A stretch of DNA of 64,000 bases from Massalongia carnosa. Its lineage: Eukaryota. Under the pieces are notes generated by a model, which was not told where the DNA came from, did no database searches, and saw only the letters and a list, made by a program, of their open reading frames with translations. The position numbers and the translations under genes were made by a program. Positions 1-12,197 of the stretch are shown piece after piece. The stretch is taken from positions 124,001-188,000 of the forward strand of contig OZ287085.1 in NCBI GenBank assembly GCA_965645245.1, in the 5' to 3' direction. Positions within the stretch are counted from its first letter, which is position 1, and each line of letters starts with the position of its first letter.

Positions 1-1
1 C

Positions 2-187
2 CGGATAGCGAAAGAGGTTCCGAGTAATGGGGTAAACCAACGACCTGCGTTGTGGAAACGACTCATTGGATACCTATGGGTGATTGTATGGATGGTGTGG
101 TCGATGCCCGTGTGGACGTATCCCGTGTCGCAGCGGAACAAGGGGGAAGGGGTTTTGCCGTTCGGGTTTTTGCGGCACTTTATTTAA
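2..187 (+). CDS. 3' end of a membrane-bound O-acyltransferase (MBOAT_2 / wax synthase / Tri7-like acetyltransferase); gene starts upstream of the window
   Basis: Not in the ORF track. Frame from nt 2 reads RIAKEVPSNGVNQRPALWKRLIGYLWVIVWMVWSMPVWTYPVSQRNKGEGVLPFGFLRHFI* (TAA 185-187). The W-x-R-x-IGY-x-WV-xx-W...P-x-W-x-YP pattern is typical of the C-terminus of fungal cluster MBOAT acetyltransferases. Confidence 0.7.
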   Translation, partial: RIAKEVPSNGVNQRPALWKRLIGYLWVIVWMVWSMPVWTYPVSQRNKGEGVLPFGFLRHFI

Positions 188-707
188 GCCTGTTGACTGG
201 CGAGACTTGGTGGGACAGAAGGGGCGCGGATGGAGCGAGAACGTGGCGTAGGAGGACGTGCTCCACAATGTGATGACTGATGAGGGAGGGGAGGAGGGGG
301 AGAGGGCCAGGATCGCTCGATTTCGAGACACCCCTCGGTCGCGAAAAAGAAACTTATTTTTACTCATTGATCCTACTTTGGACATTTTGATCAAATTCCC
401 AATCATCTTGATGTCTTGATTTAACCAAGGCGGCGGGGGAGGAGGAAGACACTCGTCGTGTTCGAAAGTGTACCAAGTCTAATACGGTCAATGGGCTCAA
501 GGATATAAATTGCGACATGCAGCTGGTATCAAATGTTCGAATTTCGATCGATTCAAACCAAAATAATCACAGTTTAACTATATACGTTTTGGATTTTCAT
601 CACATATCATAAGACAAGCAAAGAAGAAAAAGTAGCCAAAAAAAGGAAGAAGGGGGGAAGAGGGTGTATTCCATGACAACCTCGTTGAACCCGTTTCGCC
701 TTTCGCG

Positions 708-2347
708 CTAGGACTCGAATAACTTGAAGCCTCCAGGCACGGCCCTCTGAAATAGGGCATGCGGATCATACTTCCGGCTCACGTTCCTCAACCTGTCCCG
801 ACCATCGTCCCCGTACCCGGCAAACGGCTGCTGAAACCGGGCGGCGTAGTTCGCATACTTGAACGGATGGAACACCCCGCGGGCCTTGGCGCGCGCGTCG
901 ATGGCGTCGAGGAGACGTTGCGCGTGTCGCCCGATCCGGCTATCGGACAGGGGAGACGTCCACGTGATGGAGACGAGGAGGATGACAAGGGTCCGCTCGT
1001 TTGCGGCCAGGCCGAGGGAGTTCCCGCCTTGGGCGCGGGATTTCTCTGTCATGGGCACGACCAAAGGTTCCAGCAGGGCCGAGGCTACGAGACCCGGGGT
1101 GGAGGCGATGTCGGCAGTGAATGTTTTCCAGAGCTCAAGGACGGAGAGGAGAAAGGACAGGTTGTTTTGGAAGGTGGTGGTGTAGAACATGTTTCTATCC
1201 CGAGGTCCGTCAGTTGTGACGATTTCGAAGTTGGGTGGGGGGAGCAAACGAGGCCTTACCGGGCACCTAGGGCCTTAGCTGCACCTACATCCAGGGTGAA
1301 TTCTGTGTGATTTGCGAATCTCATGTTGTTGCCTAGTTGCGGCTTAATTTCCGTAAAAGAGCGGTAGACGGCTGGGTTAGATTCTGGCTTGGTGTACGTC
1401 AGGGAGTTGAGCACGTAGTGTTTGCCGGCTGTGAATCCATGAACTTGAAACATGGAGGCAAACTCATCATAATTTGTTGCGGTTCCGAAGTCGTGAAATG
1501 CTACAAGCTGTTTGGGTGCCGTGGAGTGATCGTAAGTGATCGTACCGCCCCAAAATTTACCCTGAGGGAAAGTCTTCAGGTCGAAGCGGGTCACAATTCC
1601 AAAGTTGTTGGTTCCTCCACGCAACGCTATCCATAGGTCTCGGTTTTCTTTGGCGTTGGCGTTGACGATCTGGCCATTGGGAAGGACGACTTCAAAGTTT
1701 TTGACATTGTCACAGACAAAACCTTTTCGTGGGGAAAGAAAAGATATTCCTCCTTCTCGGAAGAATGAGTCTTTAGCGAGAATACCGACGAAGTCAAAGA
1801 GTTTTGCCTACCTCCTATTATGAGGCCTCCAACTCCAACAGTGAAGACTCGACCCCCAGCGACAGTCAGGTTCATAGCATCGAGCTCGAGATAAACATCG
1901 CCCCAACGAGACCCAGGCCCAACAAAAGCAACGGTTCTATCTAGACTGACCTCGACTTGCCTCATGGAGCTTAAATCAATCGTCACCCCTTCATTGATAT
2001 TGGCACTGCCGACGGCTGGGTTCTGCCCACCTCCCCGGACTGCGAATTTGCACTCGATTTGGTCGCTCAAATCAAGAGACGATAGGACCTTGACAGCAGC
2101 AGAAACTTGGTCGGCATTTTTGGGCTTGAAAATGCAAGCCGGGGAGAGGCTCGCTTCTTGCTGGGCATAGTAAGATGCTAGCGATTGCATGTAGGGTAGG
2201 TCGGTTGGATAAGACAGTTCCTCTCCTAGGCTCCGTGACAACGCGGTACACTGGGAGCTTCAGAATCAGCTTCTATTCGGAATTACTGTAATGTGATCAT
2301 TTGCACACTGCTCTGATATCAGCTGATATCACAGGAATCTCCGTCAT
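708..2347 (-). CDS. FAD-linked oxidoreductase (berberine-bridge/VAO-like, FAD_binding_4 + BBE), multi-exon; start codon uncertain
   Basis: Motifs SPACIFKP, KFAVRGGG(Q), GVTIDLS, GGRV..VGVGG, RGGTNNFGIVTRFDL and C-terminal YANYA...KYDP..LFQ..VPGGFKL. Introns at about 1755-1810, 1196-1260 and 2252-2308 join the ORF-track pieces. Confidence 0.9.
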
Positions 2348-3837
2348 GACGACGTGAAAAGGAGACGAGATGCCAATTTCACATCGATATGGACAGCGAT
2401 ATACAGATTTTTCTTATCGCAACGAGTCGAGGATTTATCAAGTTACTTCTCACTAACGCTATCACGATAGATATGACAGTGAGCATAAGTGCAACGTACG
2501 CATGATGATTGATTTCTATCGGCAATGTGGTGAGCAACCGTGGATGATGCCACTGTGACTGCATAGACTGCAATTTTCAAAACGAGTGAGGTCATTTCTA
2601 TGCGATCCAAGCAGTTGTGAGAAAAATCAAAGATACCAGCGGTGGCGTTGAAGCTCGATAGCTATAGAGTGACCTTCATCTTGCAAGGCCCCTCTCATCA
2701 TGACCACATGTGTCCAGGCCTTATTTATCCACAAAGTATCGTGATACTCCGCCTCAACACTCCAAAGTCGTGGAAGCATGAAAGCGGTGCAGTAGCTTTT
2801 GCATGTGAGTTCCTAATGAGTTAGACTAACTAGAGAGTCAGATACCTTGCTATCCCAATAAGACCTACAGCACACGAGGCTAGTATCAATGATCGCCGAT
2901 TCACCAGGCTATGCTTGCTTTACTTGCAGATACTGGCTGTTATCATGTCTGCTAACGATGTTTAAAATAGGAGGGATGGATGGAGAATGATGGACCCAAT
3001 GCACAGAAAATAGGTGGCAGATTGCCAGAAGTCTCTGGATAGTACAGAACTTCTATGAATGAAATAATTCAGATTATTGCGACTGATCTCTAAGCTATGC
3101 GTAGGAGTGATGTTATATACACATGATCACAGAACATTCGAGATTCTCCTCGAACGTCTATAGACCTGAATTTCTAAGCATCGAAGATACCAGAAATTCT
3201 CAGATGTAACTATTCCCATATCAGTAAAATACGCGAGGGCATTCGCATACTACGTCAGATATGATCTAGCTGGCTTGGCATTTGCAACAAACGATATGCG
3301 GGTGTAAGTTCGGCTGACAGTTTATGAATCCTGCGATAACATACCTGTGGTAATGTGGCACAATCATCAATCACTCATTCGGCAGGAGAAGTATGCGCTG
3401 CATGTCAGCTCTTAGAACAACTCTTCGTGTGATCATCTCCTTGTATGTACGCCGCATTATGTGTTTGTTGTGTCGTAAAGAGTGTTCATCAGACGTCTTG
3501 TCCTTGATTTGTTGTATTGTACGCTTGGCCAACAACCATACAAATGCCGTATGAGGGCGCGATAAATGCGTTTCGTTTGTCTTTTCTACGTTCATAACTT
3601 GCAGGATCATTTTTGTTTGGAAATGTCGTAGTTAGATCCCAGTTTTCATTCTCGTCAAACGATCAATGTACTCGAGCCCAAACCATCATACGGAGTAGTA
3701 TTCGTGTATATGCATGAAGATACTTTGTTCCTTAACCCCGTATCGCCAATGCAACACATCGCCAATGCAACACTCTCAGCCGGTTCATACTATCTCCATC
3801 ACGCCACTGAACGTAGGACGAACTTATTTCCATACAT

Positions 3838-5280
3838 TTAACCACGGCGATGACCATCCGAAATGATATCCGACGACTGTTCTACTCGTACCGACTTTTG
3901 GATGCCGTCGTATTCCAGTTCGGTTTTGGACGGAACTCCCTTGATTTCCGTTGTCGTCTGACTCCTTCCAAAATCGTCTAATCCCACATAGCCGTTGCCG
4001 TACAATCGTCGTGAAGAGGAGCCGGCCTCGGCTGAAAGTGGGTAAGATTTCTGACTTTCAGAACCCTGAGAGCTATGCGAGGACCTGCTCTTCCCAATCG
4101 ACCAGAGCCGGGAGCGAAGAGAAGCCAGAGCAGAAAATTGTGCCATGTGTAGTTTGGAAAATGTGGTCATTGCAGGCATTGAACTGCAAATAATGGATAT
4201 ACTCGATTCCACCAATCTGTACGCATTAGTCTAAGATGGTTGAAGGGGATGACTTCGCTCATGCGTACGCGCAAATCGGGACAATGGCCGAGGACCATGA
4301 TAGATCAGAGGACCGATACATGCGGATACGATAAACGAGACCCACGATACTCGCGATGATAGCACTATTCACAATCAGACATCAATCCAGTCACCAAATC
4401 CGCTCTAGGCTCACAGTGTTCCAGTCATAACGATAGCAAGTACTCCAACCTTTTTTTTCAACGGCAGATTCAATTTCCAGATGGGCCGCATTGGTAAGAT
4501 GAGCAGGAAAATATCAAGGATCACGTTGGAAGGGCCTTGAACCAATCCATACGCCAAAGACCTTTCGCACTTGACCTGTACGCGCCAGGGTTGTCCGATG
4601 CCAGGCGCACACAGAGCTGCATCGATCGGAATCATGATAAGCTGTGTGGCTCCGCAAAAAATCAAACCACCATAGATGTTATATCGCATGTATTTGTTGT
4701 GGGAGAATACCCGGTAATAGAGTAGCAACAATGAGCTTTTGCTTGCAAAGATCGTTGGTCCCAGAATCATTTCCTGGGCGAAGATGACCTATCGAAGTCT
4801 GGGATTGGGAACCATTTCGATCAAAGATGGATGAAGGTTACCTTGACTGTCGAAGGGTTCAGCTGGCCAACGGAAATATCCCATCCATGGCGAGCTAACG
4901 GCCGTACTGGAAAGGCTATGAGCAAAAACCGTCGAGTCCCTGAGAAGTATGTTACATACAGTATAACAAGCAAAAGATAAGACCAAAGGTTAGAATTGTT
5001 GCAATAATGGCACAAACTGTAAGAGTTCAACATCGTGATACATCACCACCAAACCCTGTCATCCACACATACTGCCATCCCATGATAACTTGTGACCAGC
5101 ACGTAAGTTGGAGTAGACTCGGACTCCCACGAAGAAGACTTCAATGAATATCAGAAGGGAGCAAATGGCGTCAACAACAGGGGCCAGGGTCGGTGGATCA
5201 ATTAGATTCGAAATCTGACCCTGGGGCGGAGCGAAGATTGGAATGGTGTTCAAGTCTGTACCTGGAGGTATGGCATTCAT
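3838..5280 (-). CDS. PTH11/SAT4-like rhodopsin-domain integral membrane protein (no CFEM domain), multi-exon
   Basis: N-terminus MNAIPPGTDL..PPQGQISNLIDPPTL and motifs HGWD, K.SLLLLY.RVF, D..LLILPM..IW.L.L..KKK.G, ESS.SIICSSMP. Hydrophobic helices are separated by GT-AG introns. Confidence 0.85.
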
Positions 5281-6353
5281 ATTGATAATCAGGGAGACAC
5301 CAGCGAACAAAGCTTTGGAACGCGAGAGGATGTTTGTGTATGAGACTGAAATGTATCTCCTATCAAGGGAGCGAAAAGACAATGGAAACAAGGAGGTGAA
5401 GTGGCAACCAAAGAGCCAGAGGCTGATGGTCTCTTATCGAATTCCATGACGCGGATATTGCGCGCTGCGTTTGTAAGTCGGATTCGTATCAGGCGAAGAA
5501 ACGGTGCGCCTACCACATGGCAGCGGCAGTCTTGTGGAACGTAGAGGTAGCCATTAGTCACGTAGAAGTATGCCAAGCTAAGCTGCAGTTCAATCCATCG
5601 GTGAGTCAGAGCGGAAGGATTAAAAGGAAATGCATGTCATCCGATGAGGAACCAATCAACGCCATGTCGCATGCGTGGATGATCCTTCAGTGGGTGGAAG
5701 GCACTTTCCCATTTAAGGCAAAGGTAGCACGGAGAGTTGCAGGAGGCTGTGACACAATAACTCTCGACGCCGACGAACTCATTATCTTTCCCAAATGCCT
5801 GGGGCTCACGCCATTCGACAGTGAAACTTCGGCTCGTTCTTCGTCTATTCATATACCGATTTCAGCCTGCAGTTCATTCACTGTGCTGTGTGCCTTTACC
5901 GCATTTTCGCTTTACGCCCCATGAGTCCTTTGCAGCAGCATGTCTCAGGTGGTGGATCGCGGTGATGTGGGCTATGAGATTCTGTGGGCCACAATTCACT
6001 GTTCGTTAGTTGTACTCGAAAGACGCAACAAGCACCTCAAATCCTTGCGACAATTCGCCATTCACGTTCAACCATTGCTCAACAAGTATCAGAGAGTCAG
6101 GCAGATAGAGTGCCGTCGGGGTATGGAAAGTAAAATTGAGAAAGCGCAGTCAGCTCGGCCAACTGACACGGCAGATAACCGCTGAAATAGAACGGAGGAT
6201 TAGATTGAATGCGTAAGGGATATATGTGATTCTTAAAATCGACTACATCAAAGGCAGGAAGATGACGGAACAGGAGTCCATGCCTGCACTACAGATCTTC
6301 ATTTTATATTCATCAACGCTCCGCAGAGTTTTACGGCGATAATTGGGATCAGT

Positions 6354-8169
6354 ATGTTGATAACTCTTCTTGATAAACTATCCAGTATCGATTACCTGGC
6401 CGACCCACGCGACTATCCCGCAAGATCAATCTGCATCATATGCATCGCGGCTTTACTATTTTGGCGGATCTGGCGTTTTACTTTTCTTGTCACTTTGTAT
6501 CCTAATGACCCACAGCAGCTTCCGTACTGGATTCCATGTGAGTCCGCAGCGTCTAGAATCGATCCGTGGCTAATTGATGCATCGAAGTTTTTGGTAAACA
6601 TCCCCGAAGGTCATATTTGGTTAGACAATCTAACATCAATCGTGGCGTGTTTCCAGGTCATATTGTGCCGTTTCTTCGAGATTCCGAATCGCTAATTACA
6701 TATGGAAGGTATCTCTTAAAATGGTTCATACCCTCTGTGTTATCCAGCTAATTCATTCAAGAAACTACTTTGACAACAACCGTCAACCTTTTGCAATCAC
6801 CGTGGCAGGCACCATATTTTACATTATCACAAATCCCGAGGATGTTACTAAAGTCTATCTTAATTCTTCTACATTATCGTTTGATGTTTTCCTTAAGAAC
6901 ATGATGAAATCCTTCGGATCATCATCATCGGCGATAGAGAAGCTATTTGGAGCCCCTTGTCCTGAATCCGTGGGTTATCATTCATGCAAGAACCTCGCTC
7001 AGCTTGCCCACGATTTTCAAGTGTACCAGACCCAAGGAGAAAATATGATGATTTTGTGCGCTCAGATCAAAAAGTCATTTGAGAGAAATCTGCTGCTAAA
7101 CGACGATTTTTGCGCATCTCCGTATTGGTTGAAGTGTATCGAAGGAGACGTTGATATTTCGCTGAAAAAATTTACTGCCAAAATGTTCATCGATGCTGGC
7201 CAGCTCGCGTATTTTGGACGCAGCCTGTTCGATCTTGATCCTAGCCTTCCATTGACCTTGATGAAACTTGACGATCTTAGCTGGCAGCTGTTTTATCAAT
7301 ATCCTTCCTTTCTTTGCCGCGAGATGAACGCTGCAAAAGATAAGATCCTTCTTTCGCTGCAGAAATTCTTTGAAATGCCTATCGAGAAGAGATCAGATCA
7401 AGCTTGGTTCACTCAAAAGTTGGAGAAGGAGTATAGAATACTGGGTTTCAATGATAAAGAGATTGCGGCTCAGATGACATTTGTATACTGGGGGCAAGTT
7501 TCAAACTTTCGAGAGAGACTATCTAAGTTAAGGCTAACTTCTTCAAGAATCAACACCAACGTGTCCAAAGTGTGCTTTTGGATGATCGCGCACATGATTT
7601 TCACCCCAGACCTAGTTGAGATAATTCGTCACGAGACAGAGGCAGCAATAGTTGATGGAGTGCTCGACCATGATAGGCTTCATAATTCCTGTCCACGATT
7701 AAATGGTGTTTGGCTTGAGGCATTACGGCTTTCGGCGGCTTCTTCCACCCTGCGTTTTATCACCGAAGACACTACAATCGGCGGAAAAGTCCTCAGACGG
7801 GGCAACACGGTCATGATCTCGGCTCGACAACTCCATTTCAACCGCGCAGTATTCGGAAATGATGCGTCTCAGTTTGATTCGACTCGGTTTCTCAGCAAAA
7901 CTATCCTACAACGTAGCTCAAGCTTCCGACCTTTTGGTGGTGGTGTGACGTTATGCCCAGGACGATTCTTGGCCAAAGAAATGATTGTAATGTTCATCGC
8001 AATATTTCTACACCGATTTAATATCGATCTTGCCATGCCACAACGCTTTCCAAAGCTTGAAGAACGCAAACCGGCGATTGGAATTATAACGGGCGACGAT
8101 GATTTGCTACTGAGATTGAGATCACGGAACAATTCGCAGCCGTTGGATAACCATCCAGGAATCAATTAA
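6354..8169 (+). CDS. Cytochrome P450, CYP7/CYP8-like fungal group, multi-exon
   Basis: N-terminal TM anchor and LPYWIP, EALR (ExxR), FDSTRF (PERF-like), heme motif PFGGGVTLCPGR. Two introns near 6540-6760 and an in-frame GC-AG intron at 7494-7547. Confidence 0.92.
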
Positions 8170-8885
8170 TCGGTGTAGCTTTCATTGCTGGCGATTGGCG
8201 TCCCAGGGGATAGTAGTTTTGCCTGTCCTGTTGGTTGATGGGCCATCCACTAGCATAGATGCATTGCTGCATTCTACGGCAGTCGCTGAAAACTTTCACA
8301 GAGTAAAAAGTATTGGACGTCTTTTTGATCCAGTGTTTATCCTGGTGATCTCATGTGTAAAGAAGGTATGCGAGTGTTTACGTTCTAAAAGTAGTGTAAT
8401 AGATTACTCCAATTGCGGCGTTGCAAGATATCTTTCTATGCATAGTGTAGCTACTTGAAGGAGCGGTCTGCAAAGTCAAGAGATGCATTGATTTGCCTTT
8501 TAACTTTTGTCTTTGCCGCAACGACGGTGAATATGCTTTCCGAGCTATACGATTTTCTCCAATGACAAGAGAGAAGCACCCCGGCGGAACATGATGGTGA
8601 TTTTTCCACAACCCATGGAGTATTGCCCACGAGCATTCCTAAAGTAACTCTCAATGCACGCCCGAGTCAATCGCCTGATGACTGATGCGTCTCGAGGCAA
8701 ACGGAGTAAGCAGAGATTAACATGGAATCCGGTTCAATCCTCTACTAGGTGTGTTTTATTCAAATACATTTAAGATAAGCGTTGAATCCTTATGGTTTAC
8801 ATGACGAACTTATAAGTTGTTGTATTATTTCTTCTGTCCAAACTTTGTCTCGCAGTCTCGAAAGTACATATTGGAAGCCGGAGTC

Positions 8886-10995
8886 ATGTTACAAATCATG
8901 TTTTTCGACAACGAAATTCTAGACTTAGTTATCGTTTGTGTGATTCTCGTCATAATCTCGATTTGGTGTGAGGCATTAGTGTCCAGTAGATTTGTATGAC
9001 AATCTCTGTTACATTTGTAGAAACGATCAAATCCTTAACACATTGATAGAGAGTGACACCGCAGGGTTTTGCGGAATACATAAAAAACAAGGTTTTAGGT
9101 TTGACCTTTCTCTTTCGTGGTACATCTATAATCGACGACGGATACAGAAAAGTATGTTTCGTCCGTGGCCAAATATCTTTTGAGGATATGTATTGACAAT
9201 GAAAAAGGCAAAAGGGAAACCATTCACAATTCAAACATTAGGAAATCAGCTTATTTTGGTGACATCCGAGAGGCATATCAAGGAGTTAGATCGGGCGCCT
9301 CCTGATCAGCTCTCCCTACACGCGTTTGCCAAGGAGGTGACACTTATGTCGATGATTAAGTCATGGTTCAATACTAAATGCGTCTCAGGCTCTACACCCA
9401 AAATATATCATAGGCTTTCAATGGCCAGATCAAAGAAATATTGAAGGTGTCCCATTTGTTCGTGCTGTAAAATCTGCCACGACTGAACTTCCCGCCCTTT
9501 TTCCTTCGTTGTGTGAATTGATTACGGAAGAGATGGAGCGTGCAATCTCGCTATCCAAGAATATTGGTGGTGCGGACTATATTTCACACTCTCCAGGAAC
9601 TTCTCAATTTAGGGAGGCTAATTCCGAGCAGGTTATCAGTATATCAAACTTCTAGCAGTAATCGAGAAAATCGTTGCAAGAGCGAATTGTCTTTTTCTCT
9701 TTGAAAATGAGCTTTGTACGTACTTCGATGTCCACAATTGCCTATCGCTAACCCCATCAGCTCGAAACCGACACTTTGTTGAGGCTACTATCGAGTATCA
9801 ACGAAATGGTCTTTTAACAGCGGAAATCCTCGGGATGATTCCAAGCTTTCTTGTCCCGTAAGAACAAACCCTTCCTCTTCAAGCTAAACCTACAACTTTC
9901 CAATAGCCTGACTGCGAGAATTCTTTCCGGACGTCTCAAGTCCCGAGAGACGGTGTTTAACTATCTTGGTCCCTTGATTCAGCAACGACTTGAATCTAAG
10001 CTCTTTGATAAAAACAAATCGCAGAGGGAAAAACCAGTACAACAATACCCTTACCTATGATGCTTTGCGAGACTAACTCTATGTAGGTAGATTTCTTGCA
10101 ATGTCTCATCGAGACATCACCAAAGCAAAATCCCTGGACAGTCGAGAGAACGATTCATGAGATTATCACAGTGTGGCTTCCTACCATCCTTACCATGTCA
10201 ATCGTGAGGCCACCTCCCACTATTATGACCTTCTACTCTCCCCACTTATCATGTCATGACTTAGATTACGACGCAAGCCATCCAAGATCTTTGCATCAAT
10301 CAAGAATATATTGAAATCCTTCGACAAGAACAGGAAAAGATGCTCGACAAAGAATCCGTTACATGTTTCGATGCGCTGCCTATGCTTGATAGCTTTGTGA
10401 AAGAATCCGCTCGGATTAATTGCTTTGAGGCCGGTAATGATTTCAGCTCTCGATGATTACAACGTGTATGGAGACTCTAACCTTCTTTCAGTCTCTGGAC
10501 GCCGAAAAGCAATTCGTCCATTCACGTTCAGTGGCGGTGTCAATGTTGCGAAAGGCAATTGGGTCTCTGTTCCTCAAAGAGCAATATCACACGACCCGCG
10601 CTATTACCTTGAACCGATGGAGTTCAATGGAATGCGGTTCCTAGACGGCAATAACGGAAACCCTTCTAGATTCGCGGACTCCAGCAACAAGTGGCACTTT
10701 TGGGGTTGCGGTAAATTGTTGTGGTCAGTTTCGTGATTTTGATTCTAATGACTCTGATCCAAAATATTGTAAAATGCTGTAGTGCTAACTGAAGTCTTTG
10801 TTCACTCTCAGCCCCGGTAGGCAATACGCTTCACTCGTAATCAAGTTAATCCTCGCAACAATTGTGCAGAAGTACGATTTCAAGCTCAAGGATAAAAAAG
10901 CACAACTATCGATGACTTGGCGCTCCGCTACAATTCCGTTGTCTAGCACTGTCTTACTCATGAAGCCACGCGAAAGGATTCCGGTGGTATCGTGA
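8886..10995 (+). CDS. Cytochrome P450, ent-kaurene-oxidase-like intron-rich fungal group
   Basis: ELDRAPPDQLSL, LDSFVKESAR (ExxR), RKAIRPFTFSGG..V.KGNWV, HDPRYY.EP.EFNG.RF. The heme motif FWGCGKLLC|PGR is split by an intron (tg|gtcagt...cag|c). Many short introns; exact exon structure not fully resolved. Confidence 0.85.
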
Positions 10996-11165
10996 CTCGT
11001 GTCTCGATAAGCATGCTAGAAGCCTTAGCAGCCTTTTTCGGGTTATTCTGTTACTGTTCCCGTTCATGATATGAATTACTACGTAGAATTACACATAAAT
11101 CCTGATTAAAATTTTCCGGGTAAATTTGTTTGATTCTATCAATTCTGATGTGAATTCAACTGTTA

Positions 11166-12197
11166 CAGCGCCGCCCACTAAGCCTGATTTTTTTTACTAA
11201 GCCTGATTACTCAGCGGTGCTTGTGATTGTGGGTTTGCACGTACTTCCCCTGGGCCAGGCCAAGGAAGGTTCTGAGCCCATGGGAGGGCCCCTGAAAAAA
11301 AAACTGGCAACGTGTAAGCGAGCTTACCCCAATAAAATTTACCTCTTTTTATCAACATTTCACCTTTACATTGCGATAACCAGTCAATTGAAAGCTATTT
11401 ACATCAAATTAATGACCAGTCATGGCCCCCTCAGCTGAGATGACGTCCTTTAGCCGTTGAGGCATTGATCGTACTCTCTCATTAATAAACTCTTGACTGA
11501 ATGTCGCCCAGCCCTCACAAATAAATGCTTTTAAGCTCGCTTCGTCCCAATGAGAATACTTTTTAATATGCTGCTTTGTGGGCTGCCAGCTGTTTTCAAT
11601 AGGAGCCAAATCAGGTGAAGAAGAGCAGTTGAAATAATGCTCTAAACGATGATCCTCCTTCCATTTCTTGACTGGGTTTCTCGTCCTGCCTGTGCCATGC
11701 CCGGAATCACCATCTTCTTCGAGCACAAAATCATCCCCTCGCTCTAGCCACGGCTTGACAACGGGCTCAAGTATTGAGTTAATGTATACTTGATGCGTCA
11801 TCTTGCCATTGCTGTTGCCCGGCACTTCGTAGAATATAATATCCGACTTGAAGTTGAAGCCTACAGCCGCTCAACAATGCAGTCTCTTTCGATCTTTCTC
11901 CGCTGCGCATCACGATGTTGTATACAATCCCATCTATAGCGTGTGCCTGGCTGACGTATGATGTGTAACTTGCCCTCGCGCCCGTAGGAGAAATGAACTT
12001 CGTCACTAAATCGTACTCGATACCAATTTTCTGGTTTAGGATATTTGGCTAGCATTATATGAGCGTATTCCACCCGTTTTTGCATACGAGGGTCGGCCAG
12101 CCATCCTTTGACGCAGGCTAGACATTTCTCGTAATTCAATGCAGCACGTAGCACGTTATGCATTGTACGATCCACAACATCTGCTCCAACTTCCATC
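11166..12197 (-). mobile_element. Tc1/mariner DNA transposon, 5'-truncated, disrupted transposase
   Basis: TA at 11164-11165 followed by terminus CAGCGCCGCCCACTAAGCCTGA. Transposase pieces (11861-12196, 11409-11825) carry [12 protein letters not shown] and SPDLAPIE. The second TIR is absent; the element is cut at the MULE TIR. Confidence 0.85.

Noticed and set aside
2400..3800. Short ORFs and a 16-bp duplication (ATCGCCAATGCAACAC x2, ~3742-3773) in the intergenic region
   Set aside because: No coding motifs; trivial local duplication.
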